A stretch of 64,000 bases of DNA. It comes from a virus (lineage: Duplodnaviria; Caudoviricetes). The DNA lies in the IMG/VR virus record IMGVR_UViG_2513237100_000001, positions 1-64,000 of that record; one strand, 5' to 3'. This document shows positions 18,006 through 26,764 of the stretch, in pieces; the stretch's first letter is position 1; every line of letters starts with the position of its first letter. The notes below the pieces were generated by a model, which was not told where the DNA came from, did not search any database, and saw nothing but the letters and a program-made list of their open reading frames with translations. Position numbers and translations under genes: made by a program.

Positions 18006-18545
18006 TCAGGTTGCACGGGATGTCACAGCACTTTTTGCCGCGATGTGCTCGCGGGCGAGCCGCTCCAGCGTCCAAGCGTGGGATAGGCCCTTGGTGTTGA
18101 CGCAGTAGTGGTTCACGCAGACCGCCTTCCTCCTCTCCTCCCGCCAGATCAGCCCCCAGCATCCGCATTCGGGGCAGGGATGCTTGCTGACGACAGTGGT
18201 GTCGCCGGCGGCGATGGCGTGCTCTAGGCCCTGCCGGTAGATCAAGGCCTCGCGTGCCCGCTGGCGGTGCTCGTCAAGGTGTGCGGTGTGCTCGCGCGCC
18301 CAGTCGTACAGGCCAAGGAGGGGCCCGGCGTACGGATCAATGCCGGGCACCGCAGCCTGGGTGTGCTTGATCATCCTGGCGACTGCGGTAGCCATGTAGT
18401 CGAGGGTGTCGAGATTGATGGGCGCGGCTGCCTCGGTGCGGGTGGCGGTGCGCCCGGTGGGATCGGGGCGGGTGCGCTGGTACTGAGTGAACTCCGCCTG
18501 GAGGAGGCGGAGCCGGTTTTCGGTGGTGGTGTCGTCTCCCAGCAT
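18006..18545 (-). CDS. Zinc-ribbon regulatory-type phage protein
   Basis: APINLDTLD; PCPECG..CVNHYC. Confidence 0.65.
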   Translation of the reverse strand: MLGDDTTTENRLRLLQAEFTQYQRTRPDPTGRTATRTEAAAPINLDTLDYMATAVARMIKHTQAAVPGIDPYAGPLLGLYDWAREHTAHLDEHRQRAREALIYRQGLEHAIAAGDTTVVSKHPCPECGCWGLIWREERRKAVCVNHYCVNTKGLSHAWTLERLAREHIAAKSAVTSRAT

Positions 18546-18764
18546 GGTGTCCCCGTCCCGTATTCCGGCCTGGGGCGCGGTGCGTGACGGTGTGTGAGCC
18601 GGGCGCGCGCCGGTGGCCGGAGGATGCTCTTCCGGGTGTTTCCGGACGCCCCATCATGGCACGAACTAGTCACTTGTTGAACGGAAAGTGTTAGATGATC
18701 AACGGTGCGTGTGTGCTGGTAGCAGTGTTACCGCAGGTCCGCATGCAATTACCCGCGCCACATC

Positions 18765-19130
18765 TCACAGATGGTCGGGGGCGTCACGAAGCCCGTTGAC
18801 CATTCCGGTGAGGTGCTGGTGCTCGGCTTCACCGACAAGGTCTTGGGCGCGGGACCCGTCGAGCATGAGCTGCACCAGGGTGAGGGTGGTGCGGTACGCG
18901 GCCGCGGTCGCCTCATCGGTGAGCGACGTTTCAGCGGCGAGGAAGAACGCTTCGGCGGTTTCAGCGAGACGCTGTTGCGGGGTGTCCACCGCAGATTCGG
19001 GTGGTGCGGGTTGGGGGGTGCGCCGTCCGCGCCCGGTGCGCGTGGTGAGGCGCCGGCCGAAGTGAATGACGTTGCCTGGGGGCCCCGTCACGGTGTGCTC
19101 GGGGTGTGCGGGCTCTGCGGATGAGGGCAT
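18765..19130 (-). CDS. Hypothetical protein
   Basis: GGGAG RBS; protein-like sequence. Confidence 0.65.
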   Translation of the reverse strand: MPSSAEPAHPEHTVTGPPGNVIHFGRRLTTRTGRGRRTPQPAPPESAVDTPQQRLAETAEAFFLAAETSLTDEATAAAYRTTLTLVQLMLDGSRAQDLVGEAEHQHLTGMVNGLRDAPDHL

Positions 19131-19674
19131 GAGGCGGTGTCCGCTCCCTGGCAGTGGGGAAGGGGGGTTCCTGACGGTCCGGTGGCTCCCTGTCCGTGGG
19201 TCGTCGGGCCCCGGGGCGGCTGCCAGTTCCGTTGCCGGGGGGATCTACTGTCGCACCGTTCGGGGTGTGCGGGTAAGGGCGGGCTCATTCTTTGGATGGT
19301 GTCGGCTGGTGGAGGGTGCGGTCTTGGACAGTTCGGTGTGCGGGCATGAGGAAGCCCCCGGGGTTCGGGGGCCGGAGTTTTGCCGACAACGACCCGTCGC
19401 CCCGCCGGGGGCTTGAGACCTCGCGGGCATACCCGCCAGATGACGGTGATTGTACGCAGTGAACCTGCCGATGGGGTAGTCCCTGCGGGTATGTGGTGGC
19501 ACCGGCCAGGGGTGGTGTGGGCGGGTTCTGACTCTCGTCGCCCGCGGGCCGGCGCGTGAGCGTCGCCGTGGGGCCTGGCGGGGGGCGTGTGGTTTCGACC
19601 GAAACCCGCCCCCACGACGAAAGCAGCCCCTCACCCGCCCGGCGTGGGCGGACAAGAGGCTGCTGTGTGCGGTG

Positions 19675-20814
19675 TTACGACGCGGTCGGCATCTTCTCCT
19701 GGAGATGCGCCACAAGACCTTCAAGGAAAGCTGGCGGCGCCGCAGCCATCAGGTCGGCGGCCACTTCTGCGGGGCTGCCGAGCCGGGCAAGGTAGCGGCG
19801 GATGGCACGTTGCCGCTGCTCGACGTCCAGGACGTCGAAGAGCTCGTCCATCGCCACCCGCCCGTCCGGGACGGCCGCAGGCGCAGGGGGTGACTGCGTT
19901 CCCCGCGGTTCCGGCAGAGCGGACGGCGGCCCCAGTGCAAGGGCATCGTTCGACCCGGTCTGGTTTACCGCGGTAAACCGGTCGGGCTCTGCGCTTGGAA
20001 CTGGAGCCGGCGCAGGTTCGGCAAGCACGGCACTGGGCTTGGGTACTACCGGAGGTGTGACGCCGGGCTGGGCGGCCGTCACCCGAGGCCCAGGGGGCAC
20101 GGCAGACTTTTGCGGTGCGCGGGCACGGGGCTGTGCTTTCACTTCCTGCCTACGCACCTCTTCCGCCGCCCATGCTGCGCCTTGCTCGTCGGCGGGTAGG
20201 CCGGCGATATCGCGGGCTACGCGAACCGGCATGTCTCCTGAGCTGACCAGGGCTTGAAGGTGCTCGGTGAGCTTCAGGAGCTTCCTCTGTTGACTGACCC
20301 ACCCCTTCGACTTCTCGTAGTGCGCTGCCACCTGGTCCGCGCCACCGAGTTCAGCGACCATCGTCTCGATTCCCAGGGCCCGCTCGATGGGGTCGAGGTC
20401 CTCGCGGTCGTTGTTCTCGGACAGGACGGCGTCGAGGAAGTCGGCCCGGCTGTTGGCGACGTCCTCGTTGTGCACCACATTCAGGGTGGGAAGCCCTGCG
20501 GCGAGGGAGGCGCGGTAGCGGCGCTCCCCGTTCGCGATGACGTACGTCCTTGAGCCGACATGTTCTGCTTCGTCAGGCCATAGCTTCAAGTACGCGGCCC
20601 GGGACACTACGACGGCGGGTTGCAACTGCCGCTTCTTCAGGATCAGGCCGAAAGCTGCAAGGTCTTCGTCGGTGCCGAAGTTGCGCCGCGGGTTGAAACG
20701 GGTGGGGACGAGCTTGTCGAGTGTGATGGTGAGGAGTAGTGGGTCGCTGCGTCCGGGGACGACGTCGACTTTCGCGCCGGCGAGGGAGGCAAGGCTGGTG
20801 CGGCGGCCGGTCAT
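19675..20814 (-). CDS. parB: ParB/Spo0J-family partition protein
   Basis: NPRRNF..QLQPAVV..IANGERRYRAS..ENNDREDLDPIE, HTH. Confidence 0.95.
   Translation of the reverse strand: MTGRRTSLASLAGAKVDVVPGRSDPLLLTITLDKLVPTRFNPRRNFGTDEDLAAFGLILKKRQLQPAVVVSRAAYLKLWPDEAEHVGSRTYVIANGERRYRASLAAGLPTLNVVHNEDVANSRADFLDAVLSENNDREDLDPIERALGIETMVAELGGADQVAAHYEKSKGWVSQQRKLLKLTEHLQALVSSGDMPVRVARDIAGLPADEQGAAWAAEEVRRQEVKAQPRARAPQKSAVPPGPRVTAAQPGVTPPVVPKPSAVLAEPAPAPVPSAEPDRFTAVNQTGSNDALALGPPSALPEPRGTQSPPAPAAVPDGRVAMDELFDVLDVEQRQRAIRRYLARLGSPAEVAADLMAAAPPAFLEGLVAHLQEKMPTAS
19962..19979. promoter_or_regulatory. parS-like palindrome GGTTTACCGCGGTAAACC inside parB
   Basis: Perfect 18-bp palindrome, repeated at 21585-21602. 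Confidence 0.75.
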
Positions 20815-21473
20815 CAGGCGCCACCGCCGTAGCCGAGTTCGATGGCGAGCCGGTAGAAGTCCTCCCGCGCCTTGAAGGAGGGTTTGTTCTCCTCGTACTG
20901 GGTGACGACACGCCCTTCGACGGAGGCCCTGGTGTGGACCTTGTAACGCCTTATGACGCTCTTGAGGCTCGTCCAGCCCTGTGCTTCGACGTACTCGCGG
21001 GTGTCCTCAAGGTCCGCTTTACCGTCCCGGGGGTCCCAGTTGTTGATGAGGACGTTGTACGGGAGGCCGGTGGGTTCGATGACTTTCTGGATGGTGCGGG
21101 CGGTCGGGTCGAACGCAAGACCTTCGGGAGGCAGGGGCACGATGACGTCGTGCGCGTACTTCAGGGCTTCGAGGAGGAGGTTCTCGTCCTGGAGGCTGCC
21201 GGGGGTGTCAATGAAGACGTGTTGGAGGGTGTCGGTTCCCTTGAGGACGTCGGCGACGACGGCGGCCAGGTTGAGGGTGACGGTGGTCTTGCCAACGCCA
21301 CCCTTCTGGTTCGCGATGACGTGGACTCTGGCCCCGGAGTCTTTCAGGATGGCCAGGTTCTCCGGGGTTTCGTGTTCCTGAGAGAAGTCGAAGGGCAGGT
21401 CGGTGATCCTGTTCGCCCACCAGACTGTTGAGGCTTGGGGGTCGATGGATACGACGTGTACTGCTGCTGGCAT
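20814..21473 (-). CDS. parA: ParA ATPase with rearranged motif order
   Basis: NQKGGVGKTT, FIDTPG; IDPQ motif precedes Walker A. Confidence 0.93.
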   Translation of the reverse strand: MPAAVHVVSIDPQASTVWWANRITDLPFDFSQEHETPENLAILKDSGARVHVIANQKGGVGKTTVTLNLAAVVADVLKGTDTLQHVFIDTPGSLQDENLLLEALKYAHDVIVPLPPEGLAFDPTARTIQKVIEPTGLPYNVLINNWDPRDGKADLEDTREYVEAQGWTSLKSVIRRYKVHTRASVEGRVVTQYEENKPSFKAREDFYRLAIELGYGGGA

Positions 21474-21582
21474 GGGTGCTCCCGTGTGCTTTCCCGCGGG
21501 TTCCGGTACTTCGGGCACCGAGCATCATTCCAGACAGCGGGGGTCGTCTGGGAAGGACCCTGGGGGCGGGCGCGCCGTGGTT

Positions 21583-21604
21583 CTGGTTTACCGCGGTAAA
21601 CCAG
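21583..21604. promoter_or_regulatory. parS-like palindrome upstream of parA
   Basis: CTGGTTTACCGCGGTAAACCAG, perfect 22 bp. Confidence 0.78.
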
Positions 21605-21611
21605 CGGGGCG

Positions 21612-22385
21612 TCATGCGGCCCCGAACGCGGTTCGTAGCGTTGCGTCGTCGATCGCGTACTTGCGGGCGATGGCGGCTTGCCGGACCTGCTCGGCGGTGT
21701 CGGTGGCCGCGGGGGCGAGGTCCTGCATGGCGGCGACTGTCTTGGCGAACGCGGTCTCGGGCTCCCGGGCGGCGTTCTGCTCCTGGGCTTGCATGGCCTC
21801 GAGGACTCGGGGGTCAACGGTGCGGGGTACCGGCTTGCGCACTGCGGCGAGGGCGGCTTGGTAGCCGGCGCAAGCAGCCTCACGGGTCTTGACCGGGCCC
21901 GGGGTGGCTGCGGAACCTGGTGCCACGGCTGCGGTTCGGCTCGGGGACTCCTCGCCCGGCAGGGCACCCACCGGCAGGACACGGATCGACCGGACGATGT
22001 CCTGGCCCAGCTTGTCGTTGATTTGCTTGCAGAGCTGGCCGCCGAGGAGTCGGAGTTGGGTGGCGTAGGCGGGGGATGAGGGGCGAAGGTCGAGGCGTCT
22101 GGCCTGCGGGTCGAAGTGGGCGGGCTCGACGCGGCCGACGTACTGGGGGCACAGCTCGGGCCACTGCTCAAGAAGGTCGCCGCCTTGGACGCCGACTTGC
22201 CAGCCGAGTTCCCCGGACACTGCGGCGAGGACACTGCCGAGGCCGGCGGGCTCGCGGCGCTCCCCGCGGGCAGGCCTGCGGGTGCGCACCTTGGGGGCGG
22301 CGCTGGGCTTGGTTTTGGATGCGGCGCGGGCGGCTTGGAAGGCGAGGCGGGCCAGGTCGGCACCGGACGCGGGCTGGTCGGTCAC
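21612..22385 (-). CDS. dciA: DciA (DUF721)-family helicase loader-like protein
   Basis: SGADLARLA..EPAGLGSVL..GW..QWPEL..SSPAYATQLRL..INDKLG. Confidence 0.82.
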   Translation of the reverse strand: MTDQPASGADLARLAFQAARAASKTKPSAAPKVRTRRPARGERREPAGLGSVLAAVSGELGWQVGVQGGDLLEQWPELCPQYVGRVEPAHFDPQARRLDLRPSSPAYATQLRLLGGQLCKQINDKLGQDIVRSIRVLPVGALPGEESPSRTAAVAPGSAATPGPVKTREAACAGYQAALAAVRKPVPRTVDPRVLEAMQAQEQNAAREPETAFAKTVAAMQDLAPAATDTAEQVRQAAIARKYAIDDATLRTAFGAA

Positions 22386-22765
22386 GGCTGCACCTCGGGC
22401 ATGGCGAAGTAGTCCTCGGAGGTGACCCACACGCCGTCCGTCCGCATGGCCATCTCGCCAGATGTCAGGTCGTTGGCAAGGAACCTGGCCAGCTCTCCGG
22501 GGCTCAGGGGTGGCTCGCCGTCCGCGGTGAAGGAGGCGTTGAGGTGGTCGCGCATCTGGTCGTAGGTGAGCTGCCGTACCTGCCCATCGGAGCACAGCAT
22601 GGGCAGGTGACCTACGGCGAGCGCCTGCTTGAGTGCCTCCAGGGTGGCCGGGAAGGCAGCGATCTCCGGGGAGGTGGGGCGGGTGCTTCGTGCGGCATGA
22701 GCCTTGGCCTGTCGCTGGACCTTGGCGGCCCTGCTGCTGGTGTTGCGCTTCTTCTTGCTGCTCAT
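22382..22765 (-). CDS. Hypothetical protein
   Basis: GGAG RBS, between rep and dciA. Confidence 0.75.
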   Translation of the reverse strand: MSSKKKRNTSSRAAKVQRQAKAHAARSTRPTSPEIAAFPATLEALKQALAVGHLPMLCSDGQVRQLTYDQMRDHLNASFTADGEPPLSPGELARFLANDLTSGEMAMRTDGVWVTSEDYFAMPEVQP

Positions 22766-22777
22766 GGTGGTCTCCGG

Positions 22778-24178
22778 TCAGAAGGCGTTGGCGAGAGTGG
22801 GTTCGGGGTTGAGGCGCAGCAGTACGAGGGCCTGGTTGACGAGGTGGTGGGTGAGAAGCTGGCGGGCGCCCTGCTCGCCAAGCTCGGCAATGAAGCTGCG
22901 GACGAACGTCGGGTCCTGGGAGGCCAGCTTTCGCTGCTCCAGGACTTCCTCCCGAGTGAGGGAGTGCAGGTCGATGACGCCTTCGGGGTGCACGGTTTCG
23001 GTCTGCTCGGCCGCCCAGTCGTTCTGCCCCGGGCAGAACGTGTCGGTGATGGCCTGGCGGGCGGCGAACGCAGTGTCGGTGTCGGCGGCGTCCTCGATGG
23101 CGGGCTGGTCGTATCCGGCGTGCCGGAACTTCTCCTGCGCCCGGGAGTCTTCCCATGCGGTGAACATCAGGTGCCGGGACCGGGGTGATGCGTACAGGCG
23201 GTGGACGCCCTTGAGGCGGTGGGCGAGGAGTCCGGAGGGGCGGCGGGTGTCGGCCGGGTTGATGGGGTTGTTCTCTTCGGCGGCGGCCTGAACTTCCTGC
23301 CATGTCCATCCGGTGTCGGCGCAGTGGCGGGCGATCCACGCGATGCGGGGTGTGGATGCTTTCGAGAGCCACGGCACGTTGGTGATGAGTTCGTGGGCGA
23401 GCTGGTAGCGGCGGCCGACGTGGTTGAGCTTCCGGGGCCTGCTGGTGGTGTTCTTCGGGGTGGGGTGAGTGTGGCTCCCGCTGGCGAGTTTTGCCTCAGA
23501 GGGGGGGATAGAACTACCGGTGGAGGAAGACTCAGTAGAACCACCCTCCATTAGGGTGCAACGGCTGTTCCCGGAAACGGGGGTCCTGCGGCGGGGGCGG
23601 CGGACCTTTCGGGCAGCCTTGCGGGCGAGCTTCCCGAGAGTCTTGCGGTGCTCGTCTGCGGCGCCGACAGGGCGCCGTTGCACCCCTTCGCCAGTGGTGC
23701 GGATGCCGAGGGCGTCGTCGAAGACGGTGGGGATGACCCGCTCGTACACGGAGGCTTCGTCGCGGCCCTGGGTGACGCGGCCGCCCTTGGACCGGTAGGC
23801 GAGGAGGCCGGCCTCCCGGAGCATGCTCAGGTGGTACTCGACGGTCCGCTCGGAGCACTTGGTTTTGCGGGCGAGGTAGGCGATGCCGGGCCGGCATGTC
23901 TTGAGGTTGGCGCATTCCTGGGCGATGAGGAGGGTGGTGTGGTTCATGCGGCGCGGCCCGTGGGTGCGGGTGGGGGTGTAGAGGCCGCTGCTGTGGACCC
24001 AGTGGACGGCGGTCATCCAGGTGTGTCCGTCGAGGGCGATGCGGCCTTCGGTGGTGGTGAGCCACTGGCACGCGGGGGCGACGTAGAGGCACTGGGTGCC
24101 CTGTTCGGCGGCAGACTTTTGCCGCGAATCCGGCGTCTGGGCGTGCTCAAGCTGACAAGCGGTGTTCGGGTACGGCAC
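22778..24178 (-). CDS. Winged-HTH replication initiator (Rep)-like protein
   Basis: RPGIAYLARKTKCSERTVEYHLSMLREAGLL wHTH; position upstream of dciA/parAB. Confidence 0.72.
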   Translation of the reverse strand: MPYPNTACQLEHAQTPDSRQKSAAEQGTQCLYVAPACQWLTTTEGRIALDGHTWMTAVHWVHSSGLYTPTRTHGPRRMNHTTLLIAQECANLKTCRPGIAYLARKTKCSERTVEYHLSMLREAGLLAYRSKGGRVTQGRDEASVYERVIPTVFDDALGIRTTGEGVQRRPVGAADEHRKTLGKLARKAARKVRRPRRRTPVSGNSRCTLMEGGSTESSSTGSSIPPSEAKLASGSHTHPTPKNTTSRPRKLNHVGRRYQLAHELITNVPWLSKASTPRIAWIARHCADTGWTWQEVQAAAEENNPINPADTRRPSGLLAHRLKGVHRLYASPRSRHLMFTAWEDSRAQEKFRHAGYDQPAIEDAADTDTAFAARQAITDTFCPGQNDWAAEQTETVHPEGVIDLHSLTREEVLEQRKLASQDPTFVRSFIAELGEQGARQLLTHHLVNQALVLLRLNPEPTLANAF

Positions 24179-24426
24179 TATGGACCTCGTTCCGGAGTAC
24201 GGCCCGGGACACCAAAAGGCCCCAGGTGGGTCTTGGTTCGTGGAGAACCTGAAAGTCGCTCGACCTGCTCGGCCCCGGTCGCCAAACCGGATCCGTAAGT
24301 CGGGCCTTAGCTCGGTCGCCAAACCGAGCCGTAGGAAGTGGCCGCGCACGATGCGCCAACATCAGCGGCCAGCGGTAGAGGAAGTGCCCCCGCCAAGGGG
24401 CCCAGGACCTCCCACTCAGAACGTCG

Positions 24427-24663
24427 CTACGTCACCTGATCTCCCTTGCTGGGTTCGGTCTGCCCCTGCGCCTGGTCGGCGCGGGAAGTCTGGGTGATCT
24501 GCCGGACCGTCTGGCACGGCCACCATTCGCCGTCCATGCCGCATGTTGGGTAGGTGTAGGGCACGCCTTCGATGTCCTCGTCGAACGGCTGGTGCGGCAT
24601 GCCCTCAGCGTCGATGTACGGGGGCTCGTTCTCGGCCTGGCCGGTCGCACGGGCAGCGCTCAT
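24427..24663 (-). CDS. Hypothetical protein
   Basis: GGAGG RBS; C..WWPCQTV. Confidence 0.65.
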   Translation of the reverse strand: MSAARATGQAENEPPYIDAEGMPHQPFDEDIEGVPYTYPTCGMDGEWWPCQTVRQITQTSRADQAQGQTEPSKGDQVT

Positions 24664-25025
24664 CGCTCGCCCTCCGTCCCGCTGGTGCCGGGGCACTGGA
24701 AGAGGACGTCCATGCGCATGAACGTGTGCGAGGAGTGCCGCTCCGCGTACCCGCAGAGGGGCGACTTGGCTTCGGTCCCGTTGATGACGCGGGCGACACG
24801 ACAAGCGGTCTCCCAGATGCCGTAGCCGGGCTCGTTGTCGCGGTACGGGGCCAGCCACGCTAGGGCGTTCGCCGTCTCGTCCAGCAAGTCCGCCACCGGA
24901 TCGGCCAAGCCCTTCAGCTTGCCGTCCAGGTGCGGGGCTGCGGCGCGCAGGGTGTCGGCAGCTTGCTGGAGTTCCGCTGCGGTGGGCCAGGTGGTGCGGC
25001 GGCGCGCTTCGAGGTTGTCGCTCAT
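24660..25025 (-). CDS. Hypothetical protein
   Basis: GGAGG RBS, ATGA coupling. Confidence 0.7.
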   Translation of the reverse strand: MSDNLEARRRTTWPTAAELQQAADTLRAAAPHLDGKLKGLADPVADLLDETANALAWLAPYRDNEPGYGIWETACRVARVINGTEAKSPLCGYAERHSSHTFMRMDVLFQCPGTSGTEGER

Positions 25026-25480
25026 CGCTCGCCCTCCGTCCAGCCGTAGCACTCCGCGAGCGCGACGACGGTCGGGCAGGGGTGCGGGGTAGCGGTCCGG
25101 AAGGACACCGAGTTTCCCTCGCTGTCCTCTTCCGACTCCTCGGGGCGGGCGCAGGTGATGCATCCGCCCATGCCGTCCGGCTGGTGCTCCGCGATGAGCT
25201 TGCGGTCGGCGGCGCAACGGCGCAGGACCGAGGCGGGGTCATGCAGGGCGATGTGTACCGACTGCGGCTTAGTCGGGTATCCCTCGTCGTAGACGACTGT
25301 CCTGTCGCGCTCGTCGCTGACGCCAGCTCCGCTGGTCTCGCCTTCTTCGATTTCGTCGTCCGGGCACCAACCACTGTGCCAGCGGCCGTCTCCGCCGTCG
25401 CAAGCTTCTTGGGCGACTCGCTCATGCTCGGCGATGGCAGTGTTCAGGAAGGCGAGGATGGCCTCGCCCTGGGTGGTCAT
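25022..25480 (-). CDS. DUF6221-like protein
   Basis: HIALHDPASVLRRCAADRKLI..PCPTVVALA. Confidence 0.8.
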   Translation of the reverse strand: MTTQGEAILAFLNTAIAEHERVAQEACDGGDGRWHSGWCPDDEIEEGETSGAGVSDERDRTVVYDEGYPTKPQSVHIALHDPASVLRRCAADRKLIAEHQPDGMGGCITCARPEESEEDSEGNSVSFRTATPHPCPTVVALAECYGWTEGER

Positions 25481-25869
25481 GCGCTTGTGCGGGTAGTGGT
25501 GACAGGGCCTGCGTGCGTCGGCGGTGTGATCATCTCGCCGGAAACGCTAGGCCTACTGTCTGCGGGGATGAGTCCCCGGGTACTCTTCTGCATGTCGACA
25601 CCTTGACCTTGTCTTTGGGGTGTTGGCCGGCCGCCGAAGTCTGTTGGGACTGTCTGCGGCACCGGCTCCGCGTCGATCCCGGTTACCAGCCGGGGGAGCG
25701 GAGCCGTTCTATTTGCTGTTGTGCCCCAGAAACCTGAGTGGTCGTCTGGCGCATAGCACAGCCTACTCGTTGCGGACACTACTTGTCCCCCTCCAGCCGA
25801 TCGTGTTGTTCATCCGACAAGTCATCACATCCAACGACACCGGCAACCTGTGCGCCGTGGACCCGTGCC

Positions 25870-25903
25870 GTCCTATAGTTTTGCGACTTTAATAACGTGA
25901 TCA
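25870..25903 (+). repeat. Left copy of a perfect 34-bp inverted repeat
   Basis: GTCCTATAGTTTTGCGACTTTAATAACGTGATCA; exact reverse complement at 37936-37969. Confidence 0.95.
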
Positions 25904-25925
25904 AGCAAGGCTGGCCCGGCACCCC

Positions 25926-26354
25926 TCAAGACGCCCTGGCCAGCAAAAAGGCGGGAAGAGACTCGCCAACCCCGGGCCCTTCCACCCGGATCGGGTGCAC
26001 GTCCGCCGGGCCCTGATTGCCCGGCGGGTCCTCGGCGGCGCGACGCCCCGCCCTGGCTGTGGTGGCCGCCCGTGTGCACTTCGGGCAGCGGCACTTCAGC
26101 ATGTTGTACCGGTACTCGTCGTGCGGGATGCCCTCCTGCCGCACCTTCGCCCCCACCTCCCGGGCCTCGACCAGGGCGGCCGCGAACTTCCGATCCGTAC
26201 GGGCATGCCGGGTAGGTACGGCCCGGTTGATCCCAGCGTGCTCGGCGGCCTCCCCCAGGCGCATGCCGTGCCGGACCGCGTCAAGGAACGCCTGACGTGT
26301 CGGCTCGTCGAACACGGTCGGCCGGCCCCGGCGGGGGGTGTGGGGTTGGGTCAC
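25926..26354 (-). CDS. HTH plus Zn-finger protein
   Basis: RGRPTVF..FLDAVRHGMRLGEAAEHAGI; H..Y..CRCPKC. Confidence 0.75.
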   Translation of the reverse strand: MTQPHTPRRGRPTVFDEPTRQAFLDAVRHGMRLGEAAEHAGINRAVPTRHARTDRKFAAALVEAREVGAKVRQEGIPHDEYRYNMLKCRCPKCTRAATTARAGRRAAEDPPGNQGPADVHPIRVEGPGVGESLPAFLLARAS

Positions 26355-26764
26355 GGGTGCCCTCCATCCCGCACCGGGCCTCGGGTGAGGGCTTCGGTGT
26401 CGGCAGGATGCTGGGGCGGGTGAACGCGTGCCGATCTACCGGCCATGCGTCCCATCGCCACGAACCCGGCCTCGTCCAGGGCGGCACGCAGCCGGTGCAG
26501 GGCGTCCGGGGTCCAGGTGGGGCGTGCCGCGGCTTTTCCCGCCTGGTAGCCGACGGCCAACGCCGCCTCCCACACCGCCCGCACCACAACCGGGTCCGCA
26601 TCAGGGAAGAGCAACTCCGGGAGCTTGCCGGGGCGGCTGGTGGCTTTGAGCATGCCGTGGGCGATCAGGCCGGCGAGGTAGTCCCCGGAGGACTGGCACC
26701 GGTCGGCGAGCACCTGGTCGGTGTCGGCGGCCGCAGACGGCTGCGGAATGGGGGTGGTGGTCAT
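26351..26764 (-). CDS. Hypothetical protein
   Basis: Coupled at both ends. Confidence 0.7.
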   Translation of the reverse strand: MTTTPIPQPSAAADTDQVLADRCQSSGDYLAGLIAHGMLKATSRPGKLPELLFPDADPVVVRAVWEAALAVGYQAGKAAARPTWTPDALHRLRAALDEAGFVAMGRMAGRSARVHPPQHPADTEALTRGPVRDGGHP

